Source: the human T2T-CHM13v2.0 reference genome, Homo sapiens. Taken from it: DNA of 64,000 nt. This document shows, piece after piece, positions 1 through 15,149 of the stretch (the stretch's first letter is position 1; every line of letters begins with the position of its first letter). The notes under the pieces were generated by a model. It saw nothing but the letters and a program-made list of their open reading frames with translations, was not told the origin of the DNA and did not search any database. The stretch is from NCBI RefSeq assembly GCF_009914755.1, contig NC_060932.1, one strand, 5' to 3'. The position numbers were made by a program, and so were the translations under genes.

Positions 1-209
1 GCCTCCTGGGTTCAAATGATTCTTCTGCCTTATCCTCCCAAGTAGCTGGGATTACAGGTGCCCGCCACCTCGCCCAGCTAGTTTTTGTATTTTTAATAGA
101 GATGGGGTTTCACCATGTTGGCCAGGCTGGTCTCGAACTCCTGACCTCAAGTGATCCGCCCGCCTCAGCCTCCCAAAGTGCTGGGATTACAGGCGTGAGC
201 CACCGTGCC
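1..209 (-). mobile_element. AluS (cut by window edge)
   Basis: Reverse Alu ...ctgggattacaggcgtgagccacc. Confidence 0.92.
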
Positions 210-624
210 ATAGCAAGAGGTTTACTGACCCATTTTTTAGGATAAGTAAACTACGAATCAGAATACTAAAGGGACTCAGTGTGAGATGGTCCAGGCTGGG
301 AGTGGTGGACAGTGATACAAAATGTGGACCCCATGCCCCCTACTCTCTCCATAATGTCCATGGTGCTTATATACCTGGACCTTATAGGAAAGGTAGTATT
401 TTGGCAGTGACACCTAGGAGAGCAAGAGGGGGCTTTCCAGGTAGAGAAAACAGCATAGGTAAAAGCAGCTCAGCGGTAGGAAAAATCACGTTGGGAATAC
501 GTGTTTTGTGTGTGTATGTGAGTGTGTCCATAGGGGTTAAGGTTTTTCAATAACTAGATCGTTTTATATTCTACAGGAAGAGAAAGGATGTTGTAAAAGC
601 TCGTTCAAATATGGGGACAAAAAC

Positions 625-788
625 CTGATGAGCCACAATCGCAGCAAATGTCATTCCCTGGGAGCCGCTGGACATCCTCAATAATGGCTTTTGTCAGGTC
701 TTCCAGGCTGTTCTCTCCCGCACTCTGCTCTCCACGGAAGGCCATGGTTAGGGCCTCTTCTTTGCTATTTGTCAATACTGATATCCAT
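625..788 (-). CDS. ASAP1: ASAP1 exon, 164 nt, WISVLTNSKEEALTMAFRGEQSAGENSLEDLTKAIIEDVQRLPGNDICCDCGSS (PH end, ArfGAP CxxC)
   Basis: accaacag|ATGGAT...CATCAG|gttttt; phase 2/1; weak donor. Confidence 0.95.
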
Positions 789-1239
789 CTGTTGGTAAAA
801 ACATAAGAGGAAAAAAGTCTTTATAAGAGCATGGTCATTTTTTTTTTTTTTTTTTTTTTTTGCCACTGCAAAAAAAAAAAATCTACTTTTGTCAAGTAAT
901 TCCAAAAGAGAAGCCCCCTTCCAAAATAGCAATAAAGTGAGGAAAAACAAAGAAATCAAACTTGAAGGAAGGTGAGAGTTAAAGAATGAAAAATGACACA
1001 TAGGGGAAAATGAGAGAGAGGAGAGGAGCAGATGAGAAAAGTAAAAAATCAATATAACTGAGGACTTGAACGAATATACAAGGAGACTGCATTTCCGTGT
1101 GGGCATACTGAATAAAGGGAATGTTGGAATGGAGAGGACTCAATGAGGGACCCATCCAATGCAAGGATGAGAAAGAAATGATGAGAAATGGAGAGGAGCC
1201 AGGAAAAGGAGTTTAGCAAAAGGTATGTATTTTCTGCAA

Positions 1240-2200
1240 GTCCATGTCAGTGGGGACACTTAACAGTGAAAATGAAGGGATATTTCATTAGCAGCCATAA
1301 AAATTTATACTTATGAAAAAGGCATATTAACATGGAAACATGATGACATTTATAATATTAAATGAAGACTGCAGATTTACTTATATACAGTATGACTACT
1401 GTATGTCCCAAACAAAATAACCCTTTGCTACTAAAATAACCCAGAAACCCAACAACAGAGAGTTGATTAACTAGGCCTGAAATAACCACAAAGTAGAACA
1501 GTTAAGCAGGCATTAAAGTGTACATTTTCAAATAATTTTTGGGTGACATTGGATAAATGCTCATAATATAGTGTTTTGTGAAATCAACAACAAAAAAACC
1601 TATTATATGATTGATATGGTTTGGATTTGTGTCCTCACCCAAATCTCATCTTGAATTGTTATCCCCATAATCCCCAGGTGTCTGGGGAGAGACCCGTGTA
1701 GGAGGTGATTGGATCAAGGTGGCGGTTTCCCCCATGCTGTTCTCATGATAGTGAGTGAGTTGAGATCTGATGGTTTTATAAGGGGCTCTTCCCTCTTTGC
1801 TCCACACACTTCTCTCTCCTGCTGCCATGTGAAGAAAGACATGTTTGCTGCCCTTCCACCATAATTGTAAGTCTCCTGAGGCCTCCCCAGCCATGTGGAA
1901 CTGTGAGTCAATTAAACTTCTTTCCTTTATAAATTACCCAGTCTACAGTATTTCCTTATAGCAGTGTGAGAACGGGCTAATAGAATGATATAATCCCAAA
2001 TTTAAATATATGTATGTAATAAAGGCTAAAAGGAATTTCACAAATACGTCAATAGTGGTTGTCTCTGAGTGATTTTCTATAGAAAACAACTGATAGAGGA
2101 ATTGCCCGACTTTGTGCCTTTCTATAATTTTTCAAAACTATAATGAACTTGTATTACTTTCATGAATGAGAAAAAAGCCAAATTTATTTTCTAAAAAGAA
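1240..2200 (+). mobile_element. Old L1M (L1ME-like) 3' fragments interrupted by the THE1 LTR
   Basis: Degenerate L1 3'UTR-like motifs (cagccataaaa, atacagtatg, aatagtggttgtctctg). Confidence 0.45.
1612..1984 (+). mobile_element. THE1 (THE1D-like) MaLR solo LTR
   Basis: tgatatggtttgg...ctaataga; 5-bp TSD ATGAT at 1607-1611 and 1985-1989. Confidence 0.92.
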
Positions 2201-2442
2201 AATAAAAAACATTTCCAAACCAGTGTTAATTTTTTGTTACTATATAGACAGCTAATGTTTATTCTCAACAGACAATACAGAGGTTCAGAACTGAGTCTCT
2301 CATTTTTTTGTATATCGTTGAATGAAATGGATATGAAACAAAGCACTATACAAAAGACTTTGAATAAGCAATAGTGACAGCATAAGAATTAAAAACCAAA
2401 TTATGTTTTTGGAGTATGTGAACTATGCAAGTCACACCTTTG

Positions 2443-2457
2443 ACTCTAGGTGGCGCT
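2443..2457 (+). promoter_or_regulatory. CTCF-like core motif
   Basis: ACTCTAGGTGGCGCT versus consensus CCACTAGGTGGCGCT (13/15); CpG retained. Confidence 0.55.
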
Positions 2458-2826
2458 CACCTTCAGTATGTTGGGAGAAACGCATATACACAGCTTAACT
2501 TCTGTGATGCAGAAAACCGAACATTTCAAAACCAAGAGTCTAGGAATTCATATGCAGAAGGAATGGGGGGATTTTATACCTTTTAGAAGATTAAAACAGT
2601 ATTTTTTATATCAGTCTGAAGTTAGAAACTAGAAATTGTTTTGTTAAAAACAAATCAAGAACCTGGGTTCAACAGGACTGATTACTGCATTTTATCAGCG
2701 GCACTGATGTTACTGGATTTTTCACTTGACTGCAAAGCCTCTATTTCGCTTTCCTCAGGCATTCTAGCATTTGGCTAATATTGGCCAGTATCTACTATGT
2801 ACCAAATACTTACAATTTTTAACATA

Positions 2827-2901
2827 TAGATTGAACACCCCAAATTTGAAATCCAAAAAAGTTGTGGGCCCAAGCATTTCAAATAAGGGATACTCAACCT
2901 G
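2827..2901 (+). mobile_element. Mini Tigger4/MER46-like DNA transposon inside a MIR
   Basis: Termini tagattgaacacccc...gggatactcaacctg flanked by TA on both sides. Confidence 0.7.
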
Positions 2902-3463
2902 TAGAATCTTCTCACATGCCTCTAAGTTAGGGTTTATAATACTTTATAGATGAGGAAACTGAAGTTATATGACTTGCCTAAGGTTCTAGGCTGGATTCTG
3001 TCAGACCAGATGGGGATAAGAAAACACTTTTGTTGACTCACTTTTTCAGAGTTCCTTCCATTTGCCTCTTTACTCAGGAGCTCATGACAAATAAATAAAG
3101 AAGTTTGTCATGATAATCAGAAAAAGTATATTTAAAGGATAATTTTCTAGAGAAAATAATTCAAATTTGGTGGAATGAAATGGCTAAATTTCAAAAGGAC
3201 CAAGACTCACAGTGATCATTTGTGACATTAACTTTTAAATTATTTTCAAGTAACAAGCATACTCAAAAGCATAAAGAATGCATAATTGTATTTTAATACT
3301 TTAAACGTCGCTTTGAGTTTTATAAGATAAAAAATAACTTGGCACTGTGCTAAGGGCTTTACATAGCTTATCCTCTCAAAATCCTGCAATCGAGGTATAT
3401 AATCCCATCTTACTGATGAGAAGACTGAAGCCAGATGATCTGCCTAAGGTTAAAAAGCCACTA

Positions 3464-3575
3464 ACCACCATAGTGCACATATGTAGTCCCAGCTACTGGG
3501 GAGGCTGAAGCGGGAAGATTGCTCTAGCCTAGGAGTTCAAGTCCAGCCTGGGCAACATAGATCTCATTTTAAAAA
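3464..3575 (+). mobile_element. Alu monomer (FLAM/FAM-like)
   Basis: gtagtcccagctact...gggcaacatag plus A tail. Confidence 0.8.
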
Positions 3576-3585
3576 AAAAAGCCAC

Positions 3586-3982
<397 letters not shown>

Positions 3983-4178
3983 TCATTCAATTTCATCGAA
4001 CACTTTCATATGAAAAATAAACTCAATGATGCAGTGAAACTGCCTCTATGTAACCTGGAGGTAAGTGAAGAACTAAGGCTTCCCTCTGAGGCATGTGCTT
4101 TCTTTGTGGACTGCCATTACCTCCTACAGCACTCAAAACAAAGTTCCCCTCTCACCACCAGCACCCAGAGAGAATGCA

Positions 4179-4502
4179 GGCTGGGCACTATAGCTCACGC
4201 CTGTAATCCCAGCACTTTCTGGGGTCGAGGTGGGAGGATGGCTTGAGCTCAGGAGTTTGAGGCCAGCCTGGGTAACAACAGCAAGACCTCATGGCTACTG
4301 AAAAAAAAAAAAAAAAAAAAGAAACGAAAATTAGCTGGGCGTGGTGATGCGTGCTTATAGCACTAGCTACTTGCAAGGCTGCGACAGGAGGATCACCTGA
4401 GCCTGGGAGACTGAGGACTGAGGCTGCAAGTGAGCTATAATCACGCCACTGCACTCCAGCATGTGTGACAGAGTGAGACCTTGTCTCAGAAACAAAACAA
4501 AA
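4179..4502 (+). mobile_element. AluJ
   Basis: Diverged dimeric Alu. Confidence 0.88.
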
Positions 4503-4789
4503 CTGCAAAGTGCAAAATGCGCAACTTCAGGGTGGGCCATGTAATTCTTTTACTGAAAAATGTTAAGTCTCACGGGCAGGACACCAATCTCTTAACAAAA
4601 CTGGGACTGAATTACCTGTAAGTTCTAAGAGTAAATAAAATATTGAAGATCTGAGTTTGAGTCATAAGGGAACAAACAGAAAGTGGTTGTGTTCCCTGCC
4701 TCACCCAAATTACTCACCTGTGTTTCACTTAGGGTTTTGAGAAAGGGAAATGAGGAAGAGAGAATGAAATCGGAGAAGGAGAAACAATA

Positions 4790-4980
4790 TTCCAAGGTGA
4801 CTGTGGAATTCTATCTGGGTTCAAATCCTAGCTTACTAGGACTGTTACCATGGGCACATTGTGCCTCTGTTTCCTCATTTGCAAACTAGGGACAAAAGTC
4901 CCTACTTTCTGGGGTTGTGAGGATTAATAAGACATGAAGTGCATTTAGCACGTAACATCTCAATAACTATTACCCATTTT
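4790..4980 (+). mobile_element. MIR
   Basis: ctgggttcaaatcc...gcctctgtttcctcatttgcaaa...gttgtgaggatta. Confidence 0.75.
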
Positions 4981-6065
4981 TATTATAAATAGTACCTCTC
5001 TGAACCTGTGGGTGGAGGGCCAGGCCTCTGACTTCCTCCTCATTGACTTCTAGTCACCTTTCAGTCTACCAACTCTATACCCATAACAACAAGTCATCAA
5101 TCACTTCCTTCCTATTCCATCCTCCTGTTTCTGTGCCATCAGAGCCTCCTGCCTGGAGTATAGAGTATTTACAACCTTCCCCTACGTTCATGAGCCAGCT
5201 CAGCCTTACCTTCCTCTTGGAAGTCATCTCTGAGGAACAACCCCAGGAAACCATGAGGGTGTGTGCCCCGAGTCTATTCCTCCAGCACATGGCCTCCTCT
5301 GTCCTTACACTTAGCACCTGCACCATGTCGTACCAACAGCCTCCTGCAGTAGAGATGCAGTTCCTTCAGGGCAGGGGCTCCATCTAATTTAATGTTGTAT
5401 TCTCAAGGCTTTGCATAGCCTTGGCATACAGCTGGCATTCATTAAATATTCAAATAATGAATAGCTAATTAGACCTTTCTCATCCTTTTCCTTTGTCTTT
5501 CTACCTTCTCTCTCAAGTTTTCTTTCCCCACCCTGTTCCTCCCACCTCTGTATCTTTTCTACCCATGCTCTCTTCTCTTTCTGATCCTTTATCATTTCTC
5601 CTTTGAAATGGGAAAAGAGTAAAATTCCCCAGAGAAGATTGTGTGTGTGAGCAATAACAAAAGTAAGCGAGTGGGAGAGAGAAAAGAAGTGAGTATAAGG
5701 CAAAAAGGGTATGAGCAGAATTCTGTGGCTCTCCAGAAATAAGAGAGGAACATAGCATGTATTCTGTGCCACTGATGGGACAGGAAGTTTGACAGTTTAT
5801 AAAACTCGGTCCAAATTACCCCAAGTACTCATTAGAAATAAAAAAAAAAAAAGTGAACAATAATTGCCCATTTTAACAAAAACATCCCTCTCCCAAGCAG
5901 CTGAGATTTATAATAGTCACACACTGCCTTTTTCAGTCTAGACAGGCTACAGGAAAGAAGAGGGAATAAAGACAGCTCAGGACCAGGGCTAGCATTTTAA
6001 AAAAGGGACTAGGGACTATCTAAGGTTGCATACCTGGTCAGGTGAGTGCAAAACTCCAACCCAGG

Positions 6066-6393
<328 letters not shown>

Positions 6394-6986
6394 AAAACTC
6401 CAACCCAGGAGTATGTGATACCAACCTGTTCCTTTCCACTATATCACGCTCCCTTTTATTGACTCTGTTCACCCCAGTGAAAGGCACATGGCAGTTTCCT
6501 TCCTTCAGGGCCTGGCTCACCTGCTCCTCTTACAATAATGGTCAAGTGCCCAGGTAGGCTGGCTGATATGTTTGGCCACCAAAAACTGAGCAAAGGCCCC
6601 TCCTGAGGGCAAGGGATGTGATTAAAAGATGCATAAGGCACGGTCCTTGCCCTCGAAAAGCTCTTGGTCTCTAAAGGGCTGCAGACATGCACCACAGGAT
6701 CACAGAAGGTTATGAAGAGGCCGCGGGCAAGGAGTAGTGAGCTATAACCCCAGAGAGGGTGAGGCTTGAGCAGAATCTTGCAGGAGGTACCAGAGCTTAT
6801 TGAGTAGACAAGAGGGAGAACCACAGACAGAGAGAAGAGCAACATGTGATGGCCCACAGGCGGGAAAGAAGCATGGAGCCACCAGGCGAGGTTCTTACAA
6901 ATGAAAAGAAAATGTTGATGTGTATTGTAAACAGAGAGGTGCTTTTTCAATCCAAGGCATCGCACCTTTATTTCAAAACTACTTAC

Positions 6987-7035
6987 GCTACATAATCCTG
7001 CTCATCTTCTGCCTGAAAGTGATATGTTCTATTAT
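6987..7035 (-). CDS. ASAP1: ASAP1 exon, 49 nt, NRTYHFQAEDEQDYV(A) (PH)
   Basis: tattttag|ATAATA...TGTAGC|gtaagt; phase 1/2. Confidence 0.96.
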
Positions 7036-7832
7036 CTAAAATAAAAAAAAAGAAAAATAAGTGAAACCTTAGAAAGCAGGGTACTTTCAGGTACAACACA
7101 GATTTAAGTTCCTGGGAAGAAAACCAGTAAAAGTAGAATTTTAATATTATTTTAGTTTTACGCCATTATGTGCCAGGTGCCTTGTGTATATTATTGCTAA
7201 TCTTCACAAAAGCTCTATCTGTTTCTCATATTTTTACAGAAAAAAAAACTGAGGCTCCAAGAGGTTCAGTGACTTACACAAGGTCACACGGCAATAAAAC
7301 AGCTACATGATTCATTCTGTCGAGGTTATTCTTCTTAAGTGCAACAAGAATACAATAAAATAACCACAAATACCATGCATACATCTGGCACTGCTTTTGA
7401 ATAAACAGTGAGGAGAGGGGAAGGTCCTATTTGATCCAAATGGATTTCCATGACAAACTGGAGAGTGCCAGCTAATTCAGTATTTTCTGTTTCATTTTCA
7501 ATTCAATTGTTACTGTGTTTTCTTTTTTTTTAAAGAAATCTCCTTTTCAGAAATGATTCATTTACTGTTCCCTATTTGTTCTGAGACTTAACCATGGGGT
7601 AGCCCCAACACCCCCAACACTAGACATACTATGCCCCAGATGTTGGGGCTGCTCTCTGGCTGAATCAGGTTGCAGGAAGAAAGGCTCAATCTCTGCTATC
7701 CATGTAAGGGAAGGAGTGGGAAGGAGTGACCTAACTTGGATACTTTGGGCTGGATGTACATGAGGGAAGCTCTTTCTCAATATATTCAGGTCAAACTAAC
7801 ATATCCTGAGCACTTCCTGTGTGACTACTCTA

Positions 7833-8432
<600 letters not shown>

Positions 8433-9204
8433 AATAACCTACAGACTCTCATAACTAGGGGTTTTTGGCTTTTTGAAGTCATAAAATAATTCCAAATTTT
8501 CCTATTTCTTTCTCATCAATAACTCAATAAATCTCTTGGTCATGAAAATCACAGGGAATCTAAACTTCATACAGATGCTGCAGAATACAGTTTCGACTAC
8601 CCCTAAAGAGCCTCATGACTGACTCTATCTTTTGGGTCAGGACTATTCACACAACTGCATCAGAAAGGTTTCAAAGGGCAAGAAAATATTTCTGTGCTTC
8701 TATACATAGATCATCCACTTTGGCTGTGGGTCTGCCTTGCTGGGCTGTGATAGAGAAGGAAGGATACTTAAGATTAGTGTTGCAGGATTTCAGGATATTC
8801 ACGAGAGTCACTTCAATGGCACTGTCATCCTCTCTTTACAAAGAGGAGTCCTCTCAGCTACAGTGTGGGTCGGTAAGCACACCCATAGGAATCAGTACAA
8901 GCACAGGTAGCCAGCCTAAAGGAACATCTCCCCCCAACTCTTTACACACTATGAGGGCACAGGCTATAACAGGCTGTGGGGTGGGTAGCTCATTACGCTC
9001 TCTCATCACAAGAGAAAAGCAAACTCTGAACCATGAAGTAGAAGAGTGACAGGGTGCAGTGCCATCAATTCACAGAGGTTGAAGGCAGTTCTGCTTGGAA
9101 GCAAGGAAATGATTTTTCCTTTAAGAGCTAGATTTTGCAGGGATATAACTCTGGGCAAATTCGTTGTACAGATATAGTGGCACATCTGCATTCCCAAGTC
9201 TACA

Positions 9205-9385
9205 TCCGTGCTTCTTAACCACAGGTGCACATTACAATCACCTAGTGGCTTTTTTTTTTTTTAAACTATGTCTGGGCCTCATACCAACAACTATAATTCA
9301 GTAGATCTAAGACAGAAATGGGAATATACTAAGAAACATCTCTCCAAGGGGATAAAGCTGTGTACTCACAGTCAAGCATTGGTTT
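9205..9385. mobile_element. MER5-like hAT-Charlie relic
   Basis: gtgcttcttaa...gcacattacaatcacct...ctgggcctca...aattcagtagatct. Confidence 0.5.
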
Positions 9386-9637
9386 AGTTCAATGTACAAA
9401 TCCTAGATTCTATTCTATTGCTGGTCAGATCTGACACTGCTATGCCTTGTCAACTGCAGGTGGGCTCAGTGGAAATTAAGAGACCTGGGGCATCTTCCTA
9501 GAGCAGCACATGCAGGAATAACTGTTCCAATGCCAACTGTGAGGAGCCCTGCTTGGAAAAGCTGCTGACCTGGAGAATGGAAATGTGCAGGTGTCAGAAG
9601 CCACAATAACCAACTCAGAGAGAGAAAAAGGACTCAC

Positions 9638-9725
9638 GTGATATCAGGTCAAAAGATTTTTTGTCTTCGGCATTAGGTTTTACTTGGCAGGTGAGAAGGT
9701 TCAACTTGGCTGGTTGCCTGTTAGA
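9638..9725 (-). CDS. ASAP1: ASAP1 exon, 88 nt, SNRQPAKLNLLTCQVKPNAEDKKSFDLIS(H) (PH)
   Basis: tttttccag|TCTAAC...ATCAC|gtgagt; phase 0/1. Confidence 0.97.
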
Positions 9726-11241
9726 CTGGAAAAAAAGAGAAAATGGAGAAGTTACATGCAGCTCCACTCTCTTGTCTGCAGGTTCAGTGCCCTGTAGGGC
9801 AGGTATGCTGTTCATAAGGCCTGCTCAGTGGTACAAAAATACATTTTCAGCAAACAAGAAACAGACATCTGAGCATTGTTCCAAGTTTGCTGCAAGAAGA
9901 CAACAGATCTGTAGGTTTCTGCCCTCAAATATAAGCTGGTAAGTTTAGTAAAGTTTTATTTATCCCAGTTGAATTCTGAATCTCATTAAAGATGGAAAAA
10001 AAAATTAGGTGTCCTACTAAATGTCTTTAAACTGTGCATAAATATCCTGGTGATTTTTCAGAAGAGAATAAAAAAATAATCCACCTCACTTCCAATGAAC
10101 AGTCGGCATGGTCCATGGAAATGCACCTTTCTGGAACCTACCCATAACTAAGCATCAACAGTTGGCACTTTTAATGCTGTATCTTACTATGAAATGTAGC
10201 TGAGCTATATTTCATTTATTCATTCAAAATGACCCCGGTAATCAATCATCCCCAAATTGATCTCCCAGGTATCCATGGATTCAACAAATTTTGGTTGTGA
10301 TGCAAAATTTACATTACTTCTCTCAGAAGTACAATGACAATTACTACCTGTGAGGCAATGCTTAATGAACCCCAATATCTGGGGAGAGAGAAAATTTGAT
10401 AAGGATTTCATATAACTTATCAGCAAATCTCTTGGTCACACATATAAAACAGACCCTATAGTATCTAGATAGTCACGCTAACTTAGGAAGTCTCACCACG
10501 TATTCACACTGGTCAAAACACTCTCCTGCCTGCCCATGTTCAAGGTCACATGCTGGACAATGGCTGATACTAGGATCCCTCCTTCCTGCAGAAGCTGACC
10601 AAGGAATGAAATGTTTGAGTGCCCAGGCTGGGCTGTGCTCGAACACGAGAAGCCTGGAGAAATAAGCAATGAAACTCTTTAATTGGACCTATATCCCTGT
10701 TTCGATTGAGAGCTGTGGTTCTGAAAATCCTAGTACCAGGTGCATCTCCAGCTGAGGAATTAAAATTTTCAGGGAAAAGAGAGGGGGAGGGAGTTAGAGA
10801 CAAGTCACATCAGTAAGCCTGAAACAACAGAGATGGCATACAATCAAGACACCTTCAATGACACACTGCCACCTCTCCTTCTAAATAATGGGCATTAAAC
10901 AATTTCTATTTATCTTCCTGTGCTCTCTGGACCATTTTTCAAGATCTTTCTCCCTCTATGATTTCAATGAGATTAAACATAGAAAACAATGCCCTTTGTC
11001 CCATATCTATCTATTCCAAAGCGAACTGCTTTAGGGGAGGAAGTGAGAGACCCCAGGGGATTCCATGTTCAATGCATGTACCTTTGATTTAGGAATGGAA
11101 TCAGAAGTCAAGTACAAGAGAATTTTGCCAAAGAGGAAACAGTGCTTGGGAAGATTCCTGTACTCCAGAACTTGTCACCAAACCTAGAAGGGGAGGCAGG
11201 AGCTTGTGGGCCTGCAAGTTTTTCTGAGAAAACAGCTGAAG

Positions 11242-11542
<301 letters not shown>

Positions 11543-11764
11543 AGAAAACAGCTGAAGTGTTTGGGTTGCTAAAGGCCTCAGACTCCAAAATCAGAATCTG
11601 TAGCCACGAAGCAGGCTTAGCTCACTGTAAAAAGAACTGTTAGTTCTACATCTCATCTTTTTGGATGTTGATAAAATTGCTGACTTTCTCATATAAATGA
11701 CAATGGCATATGACCACCTGAAAAGGCAGTGACCCAGTTAATGGTGAGAACAACTCTTGCTACG

Positions 11765-12060
11765 ATATTATGTTCCAATTAGGAAACCACATTTAAAGAA
11801 GGATGCAGAAAAGCTTGGGGAGATGAAGAGATGATTGAAAGGGTGGAAAATGGAAACTCTGAAGATGAGTTAGAGGCATTACTTAGTACAGAGGAGGGAA
11901 AGCTAGGGGGTGACTTAATGACCATCTTCAAGTATATGAAGGTTGTTATTGGGAAGGTTGGGCAGCTGTTTTCCATTAGCTCAGATGAAAAGAAATACAC
12001 TCCAATTGCAGAAGATTTGGGCCAGAAATAAGGAAGAACTTCCCAAGCTTAAGTTGATTA
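11765..12060 (+). mobile_element. L3/CR1 LINE 3' relic
   Basis: ORF 11831..12031 contains KLGGDLMTIFKYMK, resembling the CR1 ORF2 C-terminal motif RLRGDLI.VFKY.KG; followed by ataaggaagaacttcc. Confidence 0.7.
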
Positions 12061-12132
12061 TGCATAATAAGAGGTTTCAGGTTTCTTAAGTAGAGAAGGA
12101 CTGCCTTTGAAAAATTTAATAATTTTTAAGCT

Positions 12133-12482
<350 letters not shown>

Positions 12483-12660
12483 TTAGACACTATTCACATT
12501 TGAATGTGACAGAAGGTTAACTTTATTTTTTAATTCTCCCAAAATCTAGATTTCTCCGGTGTTTCTGAACAATCTTACCAACAGATACAACCAAGAGTAG
12601 ATACAAATCTTAAAAAAAAAAAAACAACAAAAAAACACCATACACTCAGCTGAGTATTAA

Positions 12661-13015
<355 letters not shown>

Positions 13016-13040
13016 TCAGGTCTCAGCTCTCATTTCTTTC

Positions 13041-13217
13041 TTTCTTTCTTTTTTTTTTAAAAAAAAACTTTTAGGTTTGGGGGTACATGTGAATGTTTAT
13101 TATGTAAGTAAACATGTGTCACAGGGGTTTGTTGTACGTATTATTTTATCATCCAGGTATTAGGCCAAGTACCCAATAGTTACCTTTTCTGCTCCTTTCC
13201 CTCCTCCCATCCTCCTC
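13041..13217 (-). mobile_element. Short 5'-truncated L1PA (old) 3' end
   Basis: gggggtacatgtg...gtacccaatagtta...ccctcctcccatcctcc; TSD acctctcatttct. Confidence 0.8.
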
Positions 13218-14295
13218 ACCTCTCATTTCTAAGCACGGACTATTTCAAAGTATTTTGCTGATAAGGAATTTATATGGTTTAAGTCATTCCATGATTGACC
13301 CACAACTTCAGTGGTGATGACGTTATGATGTTTATTCTCTTAGAAGTTTGCCAAATCTACTAGACTGACTTTTGCTACATTAACATGAACTGCATTTGAC
13401 ACAGGCACATCTTGCCTAAACATAGTGCTCTTCTCCAAACTGAGCTGCCAGTGAGGCACTTGACAAATGGCCATCATCCCAAATGTGACTTTGAGGAGCC
13501 AAGTACGCATAAGTTTTGACTGTCTAAGCAGCTGACTTACCCAGGGCTGAGCCCACGAATACCAGAGGGGAGTGGTATGTTCCACAGAAGTCCAAAAACC
13601 AAGGCATTTGAAGCACAGAAATCACTACAGTAATAATTGTAACTTCAGATGTTTGTGTAACTTTCCAAAATTTCAAAGCACTTTCTTGACATTTAGTACT
13701 AATTTATAGGTATATTGATTGGAGACTGTATAATCTTTCCTGGGATTTCAGCAGACTAAAATTAAAGTAAAACTAAATGATTTACTCTGGGCTACACCAC
13801 AGTGGAACAGTTTAGGAAATGCTTTCATATTGTTTAAGTACAGGAGAGAAAAAAGAAAACAAAACAGGAGAAACTCTGGAAACGTCTATGTATCTATTGA
13901 GTCCTTGCTGTTGATTCCCATCCTGTTCAGAATAAACACACATCTGTGCCATGACCTCCAGGCACCAATCGCAGGCCCCTTCTCGCACTCAGCTCCTGTC
14001 ACTCTGAGTTGTTCCTTTGGCTGAGGAGGGGCACTGGTCCCTCCTGCTGCTCACACACTCCTGCAGGCCCTCGGAGAGCTCCCTGCTCACTCCCTGCAGA
14101 ACTCTCATCAATCAGCACCTCCTCAGAGGAGGCGGTACCTGGCCTGACCACCTCCCCATGATGTTCCATTTTTGTACACCCTGCTGTATTTTCTTTCTGG
14201 CTCTTAACACTCCTTATTTGCTTCCTGTCTTCCTTCTCACTAAGGACACACACATTTTTCTCATTAAAATGTGCTTGGCACACATCGGGTACTAG

Positions 14296-14705
<410 letters not shown>

Positions 14706-15149
14706 CTCAATAAATATTTACTAAATTAATGACTACATTCCAGGCATCTTATGTCATATACTATCTCATGTACTACCTGTGAGGGAAGTCTTCAGTTTCT
14801 TTTACTAAGTGAAGAAATAAAGGCACAGAAAGGTTAAGTAACATTCCTAAGCTCTCCCGGTAAGAAAGTGGTTTGGATGGGTCAGAGCCCCCACTCCTTC
14901 TCTTCTGCGGTCACTCTGCAGTCCAGCCTGGAAAGAAAGTAATCTGATATAGCTCGGAGAATAACAGCTGGATGCCCAGCACACAAGAACATTTCCTCCT
15001 GATTACAGTAAGGGTTAGAGGTCAATGAAGCAAAAGCTCCAAAGATTAATTTCTATTTTAATATCTTCTTGGGTTATCTGACTCTCCTCTAAGTACTTAC
15101 TTTCATAATTGGGGAAAAGAGAAATTTTAGAAGCCACTTTGAAATTCCT

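Noticed and set aside
1646-1911. ORFs similar to those at 44133..44402
   Set aside because: Both derive from THE1 LTRs in opposite orientations. Each has its own TSD, so they are independent solo LTRs, not one provirus.
6456-6965. 169-aa minus-strand ORF just after the 49-nt exon
   Set aside because: No ATG start, no recognisable domain and no convincing splice sites; the sequence looks like a degenerate L2-type region.
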